From NCBI GenBank assembly GCA_944331945.1, contig CALVJC010000067.1, forward strand, positions 1-33,321: DNA of 33,321 bases, in the 5' to 3' direction. The DNA comes from an uncultured Bacilli bacterium. GTDB lineage: Bacteria; Bacillota_I; Bacilli_A; RF39; UBA660. Under the pieces are notes generated by a model. The model saw nothing but the letters and a program-made list of their open reading frames with translations, was not told the origin of the DNA and made no database searches. Below are positions 26,195-33,321 of the stretch, in pieces. Within the stretch, counting starts at the first letter, position 1. The number at the start of each line of letters is the position of its first letter. The position numbers and the translations under genes were made by a program.

Positions 26195-28822
26195 ATGAAT
26201 AAGAGAATAGGTGATAAAGTGAAAGATGCTTATACAAAAAAGCAAGAACAAGTTTTAGAAGAACTAAAAGTAACCAAAAAAGGATTAACGAAAGAAGAAG
26301 CAAAACATCGGTTGGAAGTATATGGAGAAAATGCTTTAGAAGCAAAAAAACCGAAAAGCATCTGGTCGATGATTTTAGATCAATGGAAGGATAAAATGAT
26401 TCTTGTCCTTTTCTTTGCTTCCATTCTTTCTTTTTTCTTAGGGGAAACGACCGAAGGCATAGTCATTCTTATCATTATTGCGATCAATGCGATTATCAGT
26501 ATTGCCCAGGAGAAGAAAGCAGCAGACGCTATCTTAGCTTTGAAAAACATGAATGCCCCTCATAGTGTAGTAATTCGGGAAGGGAAAAAACAAGAAATTT
26601 TAACACAAGACCTAGTCGTAGGCGATATTGTCTTTTTAGAAGCAGGGATGATTGTTCCTGCTGACATTCGTCTTTTAGAAGAACATCAATTAAAAATCGA
26701 TGAATCCTCTTTAACCGGAGAAAGTATCACCGTAGAAAAAGACAGTAATGTCCTTTTGAAAGAAAACACGCCCTTAGCAGATCGCGCAAATATGGTGTTC
26801 TCTTCGGCCATTGTTGCTTATGGAACGGCTTATGGAGTTGTGGTCGGAACCGGAATGAACACGGAAGTAGGAAAGATTGCCCACCTTTTAGAGGACAAAG
26901 ACAACTTAGATACCCCTTTAAAAAGAAAGCTCAACAAAGTAGGGGAAATTCTTAGTTTACTTGGAATTGGAGTCAGTATTTTGGTTTTTATCATTGGTCT
27001 TCTTTATGGCAAAGATGTGATCTCTATTTTAATGGTAGCGATCTCTCTTGCTATTTCCGTCATTCCAGAAGGTCTTCCCGCCACTGCTACGATTGTCATG
27101 GCTTTAGGCGTAGAGCGAATGGCCAAGAAGAATGCCCTTGTCAAAAAACTACCAGCCGTCGAAGCACTTGGAAATTCTACCGTAATTTGTACCGACAAAA
27201 CAGGCACTCTTACAGAAAATAAAATGACTGTTGTAAAATCTCTTTTATACGAAGACTTAAGAGAACAAAAAAATACCAATCAAGTATCAGAAAAGTTGAT
27301 TTATGCTGCTGTATTATGCAATAATGCCTCTTTTGCCAACGAAAAAGTAATTGGGGATCCCACTGAAGGAGCGCTTCTTACCTTTGCCATAAAAGAACAC
27401 TATGATGCCAAACAAATAAAGCAAGAACATCCCAAATGCTATGAACAACCTTTCGATTCTATTCGGAAACGCATGAGCGTCGTCGTCAAAGAAAAAGAAA
27501 ACTTTGTTGTTTATACCAAAGGTTCCATTGATGAACTTCTTGATATTTGCCGTTATGCTCGGTTAGGAAAGGAAACCATAGAACTATCACCACAAGAAAA
27601 AGAAGAACTTAAAAAATATGCTTCTTCCTTTGCCGAATCAGGCCTTAGAGTATTAGGTTACGCTACGAAAACATTAAAGACACTTCCCGAAGAAGGAAGC
27701 GATATAGAACAAGACCTCATCTTCCTTGGCTTAACAGGAATGATCGATCCCCCTAAAAAAGAAGTACGACATGCCATCAAAAGCTGTCACGAAGCCGGCA
27801 TCAGAGTTATTATGATCACCGGGGATCATAAACTAACCGCTATTTCCATTGCCAAAGACTTAGGAATTTTTCGAAAAGGCGATCTTGCCATGAATGGAAA
27901 AGAACTTTCCCAAATAAGTGATGCGGAATTGAAGGAAAAAATCGGTAAAATTTCCGTCTTTGCTAGAGTCACTCCGGAAGATAAATTAAGAATTGTCAAT
28001 GCTTTACAAGAAAAGAAAGAAATTGTGGCGATGACGGGCGATGGAGTCAACGATTCTCCAGCCTTAAAGCAAGCCGATATTGGTGTTGCTATGGGCCAAA
28101 TGGGAACGGATGTAGCCAAAGAAGCTGCGGATATGATTTTATTAGACGATAACTTTGCTACCATTGAAACTGCTGTAGAAGAGGGCAGAAGAGTTTATCA
28201 AAACATTCAAAAAGTGATTCAATTTCTATTAGCAGGAAACATTGCCGAAGTTTTAGTCATCTTTGCTTCTATCTTAATCAATATGAATAGTCCCTTACTT
28301 GCTGTCCATATTCTCTTTATCAATTTAGTAACCGATACCTTACCATCCCTTGCTCTAGGAGTTGATCCCATATCGCCAGATGTGATGAAACAAAAACCAG
28401 TTAAAGAAGGAACGCTATTTCAAAAAGGACTTGTCTCTCGTATTGCTTTCTATGGAATCTACATTGCCTTTATTACTTTCTTAGCTTATCTCATTGGCCA
28501 TAACCATAGTTATGGAACTGGAATGACCATGGCCTTTTTAACCCTTTGCCTTGCCCAAATTTTCCATTCTCTAAATCAAACTTCTGCCACTCTTTCTATT
28601 TTTCAAAAAGAACATCCTCGCAATAAATATTTATTTTTAGCTATGCTAGGATCGCTCCTTATCGTATTAGCAGTTGTCTTAATTTCTCCACTAAGAGACT
28701 TCTTTTCTCTTACTGGTTTAATGGGAAGAGAATGGCTTATTGTACTTCTTTTATCCCTTTCTCCGATTTTCGTAGTAGAGATCACCAAATATTTCAAAAG
28801 ACACCAAAAAAGGAATTCTTAA
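26195..28822 (+). CDS. P-type ATPase, type IIA (Ca2+-transporting, SERCA/YloB-like)
   Basis: TGES, IPEGLPA (TM4), DKTGTLT phosphorylation site, MITGDH, GDGVNDSPALKQADIGVAMG, and a TM6 INLVTDTLP (N..TD) Ca-site pattern. The start is uncertain: ATG 26195 has no RBS, and GTG 26219 follows AGGTGA by 4 nt. Confidence 0.9.
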   Translation: MNKRIGDKVKDAYTKKQEQVLEELKVTKKGLTKEEAKHRLEVYGENALEAKKPKSIWSMILDQWKDKMILVLFFASILSFFLGETTEGIVILIIIAINAIISIAQEKKAADAILALKNMNAPHSVVIREGKKQEILTQDLVVGDIVFLEAGMIVPADIRLLEEHQLKIDESSLTGESITVEKDSNVLLKENTPLADRANMVFSSAIVAYGTAYGVVVGTGMNTEVGKIAHLLEDKDNLDTPLKRKLNKVGEILSLLGIGVSILVFIIGLLYGKDVISILMVAISLAISVIPEGLPATATIVMALGVERMAKKNALVKKLPAVEALGNSTVICTDKTGTLTENKMTVVKSLLYEDLREQKNTNQVSEKLIYAAVLCNNASFANEKVIGDPTEGALLTFAIKEHYDAKQIKQEHPKCYEQPFDSIRKRMSVVVKEKENFVVYTKGSIDELLDICRYARLGKETIELSPQEKEELKKYASSFAESGLRVLGYATKTLKTLPEEGSDIEQDLIFLGLTGMIDPPKKEVRHAIKSCHEAGIRVIMITGDHKLTAISIAKDLGIFRKGDLAMNGKELSQISDAELKEKIGKISVFARVTPEDKLRIVNALQEKKEIVAMTGDGVNDSPALKQADIGVAMGQMGTDVAKEAADMILLDDNFATIETAVEEGRRVYQNIQKVIQFLLAGNIAEVLVIFASILINMNSPLLAVHILFINLVTDTLPSLALGVDPISPDVMKQKPVKEGTLFQKGLVSRIAFYGIYIAFITFLAYLIGHNHSYGTGMTMAFLTLCLAQIFHSLNQTSATLSIFQKEHPRNKYLFLAMLGSLLIVLAVVLISPLRDFFSLTGLMGREWLIVLLLSLSPIFVVEITKYFKRHQKRNS

Positions 28823-28833
28823 AGGAACTCCTT

Positions 28834-29670
28834 TTAAAATGGCACCTTTTCTTTTAATTCCGTTCGATGTTGTATCAAATGATGGAAAAGAAAGAAAACA
28901 ATACATAAGACAAGGGATATCACAGTCGCCACATAACCTTTTTGGTAAAGAGGAGCAAACAATCCAGAAATCGAAATAGATGGATCCTCTGCCAATACAT
29001 AAGAAAGGAAATGAATAAAAGCTGAAAGGCCTGCTAACAATATCGTTAAAAACAAAGCCATATAACCATAATAATGGAAAAATCTTTTTTCTTTTAAAGT
29101 AAGAACAAAGATAACAAAGATTCCAATAATAGAAATAGCAAGTAAAATAGAATAGGTCAAAGGATTCGTACACGCTTGTAAAAATTCCATAACTCCATTT
29201 ATCTCTGGATCGGTATTTTGAACTACAGGCTCTAACTCCTCTTGAACCAAAGAACTTGTTACTTCTTCCAAAGTTTCTTGTTCCGCTTGAGATAGATTTA
29301 AATGATACTTTTCCTCGATCTCTTGATAAAATTCTCTAGTTAAATCTTTAATTCGTTCTTCATTCAATTCTGTTTCTTGATTCAAATTACTTTCGATGAC
29401 TTCCTGAGCTACTCCACTAATATAAGTCTTTATTTCTTCTTGACTTAAAATTTCGTCCAAAGTCTCTTTGGAAATACCTGCTTTTTCTGCCTCAGCATAT
29501 AGAACATTTGAAGTAGTAATATTTGAGGAAATATTTTCTTCATAAATAGAATCTACCATTTGATTCACAAACTCTCCATGAATAAAAGCAGATAACAGAA
29601 AAACGGCAATCGTTAGTAAAATTGCTCCCGTCGTGACAATCGACGTTAAGACTGCCAAAAACTTTCGCAC
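28834..29670 (-). CDS. Membrane protein, unknown function
   Basis: GTG start with RBS AGAAGGTG. One N-terminal TM, about 130 aa of acidic helical ectodomain, then 3-4 C-terminal TM helices. A TATAAT lies at 29694-29699 (minus strand). Confidence 0.65.
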   Translation of the reverse strand: MRKFLAVLTSIVTTGAILLTIAVFLLSAFIHGEFVNQMVDSIYEENISSNITTSNVLYAEAEKAGISKETLDEILSQEEIKTYISGVAQEVIESNLNQETELNEERIKDLTREFYQEIEEKYHLNLSQAEQETLEEVTSSLVQEELEPVVQNTDPEINGVMEFLQACTNPLTYSILLAISIIGIFVIFVLTLKEKRFFHYYGYMALFLTILLAGLSAFIHFLSYVLAEDPSISISGLFAPLYQKGYVATVISLVLCIVFFLFHHLIQHRTELKEKVPF

Positions 29671-29736
29671 AATAGCACCTTCTTTCTAAAAACATTATAC
29701 AAACTTTTATCGAAACATTCAATCAAGAAACAAAAT

Positions 29737-29745
29737 ATGATATAT
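29737..29745 (+). promoter_or_regulatory. Extended -10 promoter (TGATATATT)
   Basis: The TG of this element belongs to the ATG that starts track ORF 29737. GGAGGG (29752-29757) and then ATG 29764 lie downstream. Confidence 0.45.
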
Positions 29746-29763
29746 TATAAATGGAGGGATAAT

Positions 29764-32130
29764 ATGAAACAAGAAAACACTAGACTATATCCCAACTTTA
29801 AAGAAGGGCTAACCAAAGAACAAGTATTAGAGCAAAAACAACGAGGACTTGTCAATTTTAATACGAATGTAAAGACAAAAAGTGTAAAACAAATCGTCAA
29901 AGAAAATGTTTTTACGCTATTTAATGTCATCAATATCATTTTAGCTTTGGCCGTCATCTTAGTGGGATCTTATAAAAATGTCGCTTTTATTATCATTGTT
30001 ATTTTAAATACCTTGATCAGTACTTTACAAGAATTACATTCGAAAAAGGTAATTGATAAATTATCGGTAGTGGCCGAATCCAAAGTAAAAGTGATTCGTG
30101 ACTCGCAAGAAGAAGTCGTTACGATGGAGGAAGTGGTACTAGATGATATTATTCACCTAACATCGGGCAATCAAATCATTACGGATTGCATTTTAGAAGA
30201 TGGCTTTGTTGAAGTCGATGAATCTTTTATCACGGGTGAGAGTGAAACCGTTGAAAAAAAGAAAGGAGATTTACTACTTTCGGGTAGTTTTATTACCAGT
30301 GGTTCTTGCTATGCCAAAGTAGAGCACATTGGTTATGACAACTATACTGCTAAGATCTCCAAAGATACCAAATATATCAAGCCAATCTCTTCGGAGATTA
30401 TGCGTTCTTTAAATAAAATTGTCAAAACGATTTCTTTCATTCTTGTTCCTCTAGGAATTCTATTTTTCGCAAGACAACTATTCTTAGATGGTAATACCTT
30501 TCAAAATGCCGTTGTTAATACCGTGGCAGCTTTAATTGGCATGATTCCAGAAGGACTCGTCCTTTTAACTAGTACCGTTTTTGCCGTTGGAGTCATTCGT
30601 CTTTCCCAAAAGAAAGTGTTAGTACAAGACTTATATTGTATTGAAACTTTAGCAAGAGTTGACGTAATTTGTCTCGATAAAACTGGTACCATCACCGAAG
30701 GTGTCATGGAAGTAAAAGAGTTATATCCCAAAGAAAACTATAACAAAACCGAAATAGGGGACATCATTGGTAACATTATGGGGGCTTTAGAGGAAGACAA
30801 TCCTACTGCCAAAGCCTTAAAAAATTCATTTTATCATAAAAATGAAAAGGTAAAAACCAAAATTCCTTTTTCTTCGGAAAAGAAATATTCTGGAATAACT
30901 ACCTTAGAAGGAACAAGCTATTTTATTGGTGCCCCGGAATTTATCTTAGAAAATCATGGGAAGAAATATCAAAAAGAAATTGAAAAATATTCCAAAGAAG
31001 GTCGCCTCTTGGTTTTAGCCAAAGGAGAGTATGACGAACGAAAAAAAGGAATCAAGAAACCAGTTGCGATCGCCTTTATTGTTTTACAAGATAAGATTAG
31101 AAAAGAAGCCAAAGATACTTTAAATTATTTTCAAGAGCAGGGAGTCACAGTAAAAATTATTTCCGGAGATAATCCTCAAACCGTCGAAGAAATAGCCAAA
31201 AGAGCAGGACTTAAGAAAGAAGTCAAAGCCATTGATTTATCTACGCTGAAAAGTGAAAAAGAAATTATTAAAGCGGCCGAAGAATATGATATTTTTGGTA
31301 GAGTAAAACCGGAAGAAAAACATATTTTAATTAAAGCTTTAAAAGAGAAGGGGCATACCGTTGCTATGACTGGAGATGGAGTGAATGATTGTCTTGCTTT
31401 AAAAGAAGCGGATTGTTCCATTGCCATGGCTAGTGGAAGCGATGCGGCTAGAAGTGTGTCTCAGTTAGTATTATTAGACTCTAACTTTGCTTCTATGCCT
31501 CATGTTGTTGCAGAGGGTAGAAGAAGCATTAACAACCTAGAACGTTCTGCCTCTTTATTTCTTGTTAAAACTATTTATTCTTGCATTTTAGCATTCCTCT
31601 TCTTATTCATAGAAATGCCATATCCTTTTATTCCAGTACAACTAACCTTAGCCAGTGCTGTCACCATTGGTATCCCATCCTTTGTCTTAGCTTTGGAGCC
31701 AAACCGTGAACGCGTAAAAGGAAACTTCTTAAAAAATGTCTTAAAAAAATCCGCCCCTCCAGCTTTTACCATCATCTGCAACATCTTATTAATCTGCATT
31801 GTCAGTTATCTTTTTAACCTGACTTATGCCAGAGTTTCCACCCTTTGTCTCACGGTAACGGGTTATACTTCATTCATCTTGCTATATAAAATTTGCCAAC
31901 CCTTTAACCGTCTCCGTTTCTTTCTCTTCCTTCTGATGTTCATTTCATTCTTATATTCTATTTTCAATTTAACCAATCTATTCTCCATATCCCACTTTAA
32001 TACCCTAATGGTCTTCATCGTCTTTTTCTTAACTTTCTTATCTCATCAACTTTATACTTTCTTTGAACAAGCGATGGAAAAGATTTTAGAAAAGCTGGGA
32101 AAGGTAAAACAAAAATTAGGAATTGCTTAA
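29764..32130 (+). CDS. P-type ATPase, roughly 790-aa P2-like class, cation specificity unknown
   Basis: TGES, IPEGLVLL (TM4), DKTGTIT, ISGDN, GDGVNDCLALKEADCSIAM. TM6 lacks the N..D Ca-site pattern. Confidence 0.88.
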   Translation: MKQENTRLYPNFKEGLTKEQVLEQKQRGLVNFNTNVKTKSVKQIVKENVFTLFNVINIILALAVILVGSYKNVAFIIIVILNTLISTLQELHSKKVIDKLSVVAESKVKVIRDSQEEVVTMEEVVLDDIIHLTSGNQIITDCILEDGFVEVDESFITGESETVEKKKGDLLLSGSFITSGSCYAKVEHIGYDNYTAKISKDTKYIKPISSEIMRSLNKIVKTISFILVPLGILFFARQLFLDGNTFQNAVVNTVAALIGMIPEGLVLLTSTVFAVGVIRLSQKKVLVQDLYCIETLARVDVICLDKTGTITEGVMEVKELYPKENYNKTEIGDIIGNIMGALEEDNPTAKALKNSFYHKNEKVKTKIPFSSEKKYSGITTLEGTSYFIGAPEFILENHGKKYQKEIEKYSKEGRLLVLAKGEYDERKKGIKKPVAIAFIVLQDKIRKEAKDTLNYFQEQGVTVKIISGDNPQTVEEIAKRAGLKKEVKAIDLSTLKSEKEIIKAAEEYDIFGRVKPEEKHILIKALKEKGHTVAMTGDGVNDCLALKEADCSIAMASGSDAARSVSQLVLLDSNFASMPHVVAEGRRSINNLERSASLFLVKTIYSCILAFLFLFIEMPYPFIPVQLTLASAVTIGIPSFVLALEPNRERVKGNFLKNVLKKSAPPAFTIICNILLICIVSYLFNLTYARVSTLCLTVTGYTSFILLYKICQPFNRLRFFLFLLMFISFLYSIFNLTNLFSISHFNTLMVFIVFFLTFLSHQLYTFFEQAMEKILEKLGKVKQKLGIA

Positions 32131-32131
32131 A

Positions 32132-32164
32132 AAAACTTTGTTCCACAGGATGAAAGTTTTTTTT
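32132..32164 (+). terminator. Weak AT-rich hairpin terminator
   Basis: AAAACTTT / AAAGTTTT stem with a 13-nt loop and a T-run. Confidence 0.35.
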
Positions 32165-32221
32165 CCTCTTAAGAAGACTTTTCTCACTATAACGAAAAAA
32201 GTACCTAAATGGTACCTAAAA

Positions 32222-32244
32222 TAAAAACCCTTATAAAATAAGGG
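32222..32244 (-). terminator. Terminator downstream of tRNA-Ser
   Basis: CCCTTA / TAAGGG stem with a 5-nt loop. On the minus strand it is followed by TTTTT. Confidence 0.55.
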
Positions 32245-32256
32245 ACTAATTCATAA

Positions 32257-32347
32257 TGGCGGAGACAGAGGGATTTGAACCCTCGCAGCAGTTGCCCACT
32301 CTACTCCCTTAGCAGGGGAGCCTCTTCAGCCTCTTGAGTATGTCTCC
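32257..32347 (-). tRNA. tRNA-Ser (anticodon GCU), long variable arm, CCA encoded
   Basis: Acceptor GGAGACA/TGTCTCC. Anticodon stem CTCCC/GGGAG with loop CTGCTAA. Long variable arm. T-arm GAGGG-TTCAAAT-CCCTC. 3' GCCA. Confidence 0.92.
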
Positions 32348-32367
32348 AAAATGCATCTGCAGTTATA

Positions 32368-32396
32368 ATATTACAGGAAAATAGTGCAGATGTCAA
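32368..32396 (-). promoter_or_regulatory. Sigma-A type promoter for tRNA-Ser
   Basis: On the minus strand: TTGACA (32391-32396), a 17-nt spacer, then TAATAT (32368-32373). This lies about 20 nt upstream of the tRNA 5' end. Confidence 0.55.
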
Positions 32397-32415
32397 TAAA
32401 AATTGCTTTCGAAAG

Positions 32416-33138
32416 CTACATTCCTTTCACATTAGAAATTTGAGCAGGAACTTTATCAAAAGAGCCCATTTCTTTATCTAAGGAAAGATCATAATCATAA
32501 GTTTCAATAAAGTTTTCAAACAACTGATTCGCTTCTCGACTAAATTCTCCGATTTGCTCATCCCAAGCGGAACTCTCTCCCGTTCCTTGATATTCGAAAA
32601 TCTTAAAAGCACTTTCGTACAAATCTTGACTTTCTTGTGGTAATTCAAAAGTATCTGTTAACCCATAGACATTCTCTTTCACGGCTCTTACCAAAAAATG
32701 AGGATCTACCGAAGAATCATATCCTCCTTCTAATTGATACCATTCATGATTCGGATCGCCTGCTTGCATTTGTTCTTTTAGACGTTTTTCTGAAGCATTC
32801 GCTAAACTTCGAGCTGAAGAAACCAAATCCATTCGATTTTGGACACTAGGATTGACTGCATACTGATTGCTATCGATACAATAATCAACGATAACATCTT
32901 TATATTCCGAATTAGAAAAATCACAATCATATCTTTCTTCGATCTGTTCTAATACTTCCGCTTCCGTTGTCGCTTTGACATTCACTGTTTCAAACGTAGA
33001 AGCTTGCTCTTTTAAAGCTCCAACACCAGCAGCACCAATCGCTACTGCAACCATGGAAGCAGCAACTAAGCCTTTATTGATTCTCGCTTTCTTTTGTAAT
33101 TTTTTTGCATTTCTAACATTAATTCTTTGTACACTCAT
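32416..33138 (-). CDS. Membrane-anchored acidic protein, unknown function
   Basis: Start set at ATG 33138 (RBS AAGGTGA; a TATAAT lies at 33157-33162 on the minus strand). Basic N-terminus, one TM (GLVAASMVAVAIGAAGVGAL), then about 190 acidic residues. Confidence 0.6.
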   Translation of the reverse strand: MSVQRINVRNAKKLQKKARINKGLVAASMVAVAIGAAGVGALKEQASTFETVNVKATTEAEVLEQIEERYDCDFSNSEYKDVIVDYCIDSNQYAVNPSVQNRMDLVSSARSLANASEKRLKEQMQAGDPNHEWYQLEGGYDSSVDPHFLVRAVKENVYGLTDTFELPQESQDLYESAFKIFEYQGTGESSAWDEQIGEFSREANQLFENFIETYDYDLSLDKEMGSFDKVPAQISNVKGM

Positions 33139-33194
33139 AATATTCACCTTAGTAACATTATAAAATAAAAACCAATAAAAAGAAAGCTTTTTGT

Positions 33195-33222
33195 AAAGAA
33201 AAAGCAATCATTTCTGATTGCT
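33195..33222 (-). terminator. Terminator downstream of tRNA-Glu
   Basis: AGCAATCA / TGATTGCT stem with a 4-nt loop. On the minus strand it is followed by TTTTCTTT. Confidence 0.6.
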
Positions 33223-33234
33223 AACATAACAAAA

Positions 33235-33311
33235 TGGTGACCAGTACGGAATTCGAATCCGTGAATGCTGCCGTGAAAGGGCAGTGTGTTAAGCCACTTC
33301 ACCAACTGGCC
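33235..33311 (-). tRNA. tRNA-Glu (anticodon UUC), CCA encoded
   Basis: Acceptor GGCCAGT/ACTGGTC. Anticodon stem CTGCC/GGCAG with loop CTTTCAC. T-arm ACGGA-TTCGAAT-TCCGT. 3' ACCA. Confidence 0.9.
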
Positions 33312-33321
33312 AAAAAAAATG

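Noticed and set aside
26076-26345. Minus-strand 89-aa Leu/Phe-rich ORF across the ATPase leader and start
   Set aside because: This is the typical AT-rich antisense artefact. It overlaps the conserved N-terminus of the P-type ATPase.
28751-29173. Minus-strand 140-aa ORF in an alternative frame to 28834-29670
   Set aside because: It would overlap the ATPase 3' end. The 278-aa frame has a GTG with an AGAAGGTG RBS and a coherent TM/ectodomain architecture.

Overview
A 33.3-kb, roughly 35% GC chromosomal segment from a low-GC Gram-positive (Bacillota-type) bacterium. The taxonomic call rests on a PolC-type replicative polymerase. The code is the standard code 11: polC ends in TGA and Trp is TGG. 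I call 29 protein-coding genes (one truncated at the left edge), 3 single tRNA genes (Lys-CUU, Ser-GCU, Glu-UUC, all on the minus strand), a set of hairpin+T-run terminators, and many TGnTATAAT-type extended -10 promoters. Most content is housekeeping: rluB, ferredoxin, an NfeD-SPFH pair, polC, a peptidoglycan-precursor cluster (YfiH/PgeF-like, alpha/beta hydrolase, murF, ddl), TspO, a Cof-type HAD hydrolase, pflB-pflA and two P-type ATPases. I saw no CRISPR array, rRNA, transposase, integrase or other mobile element. The best candidate for an undescribed system is the three-gene operon at 22784-25975: a YdjI-type SPFH protein with two C-terminal zinc ribbons, a 4-TM protein, and a zinc-ribbon/TPR-like/long coiled-coil protein. 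It resembles the B. subtilis ydjFGHI (PspA-associated) module but has no PspA gene. Other notable items: a MurF whose N-terminal domain is replaced by about 165 aa of predicted transmembrane helices; a Cys-rich collagen-like (GxT repeat) protein with no C-terminal globular domain; a roughly 73-aa insertion in PolC; a zinc-ribbon/membrane/thioredoxin fusion protein; and a well-supported 54-codon membrane ORF missing from the ORF track. All functional calls come from motif recognition by eye. No database search was run.
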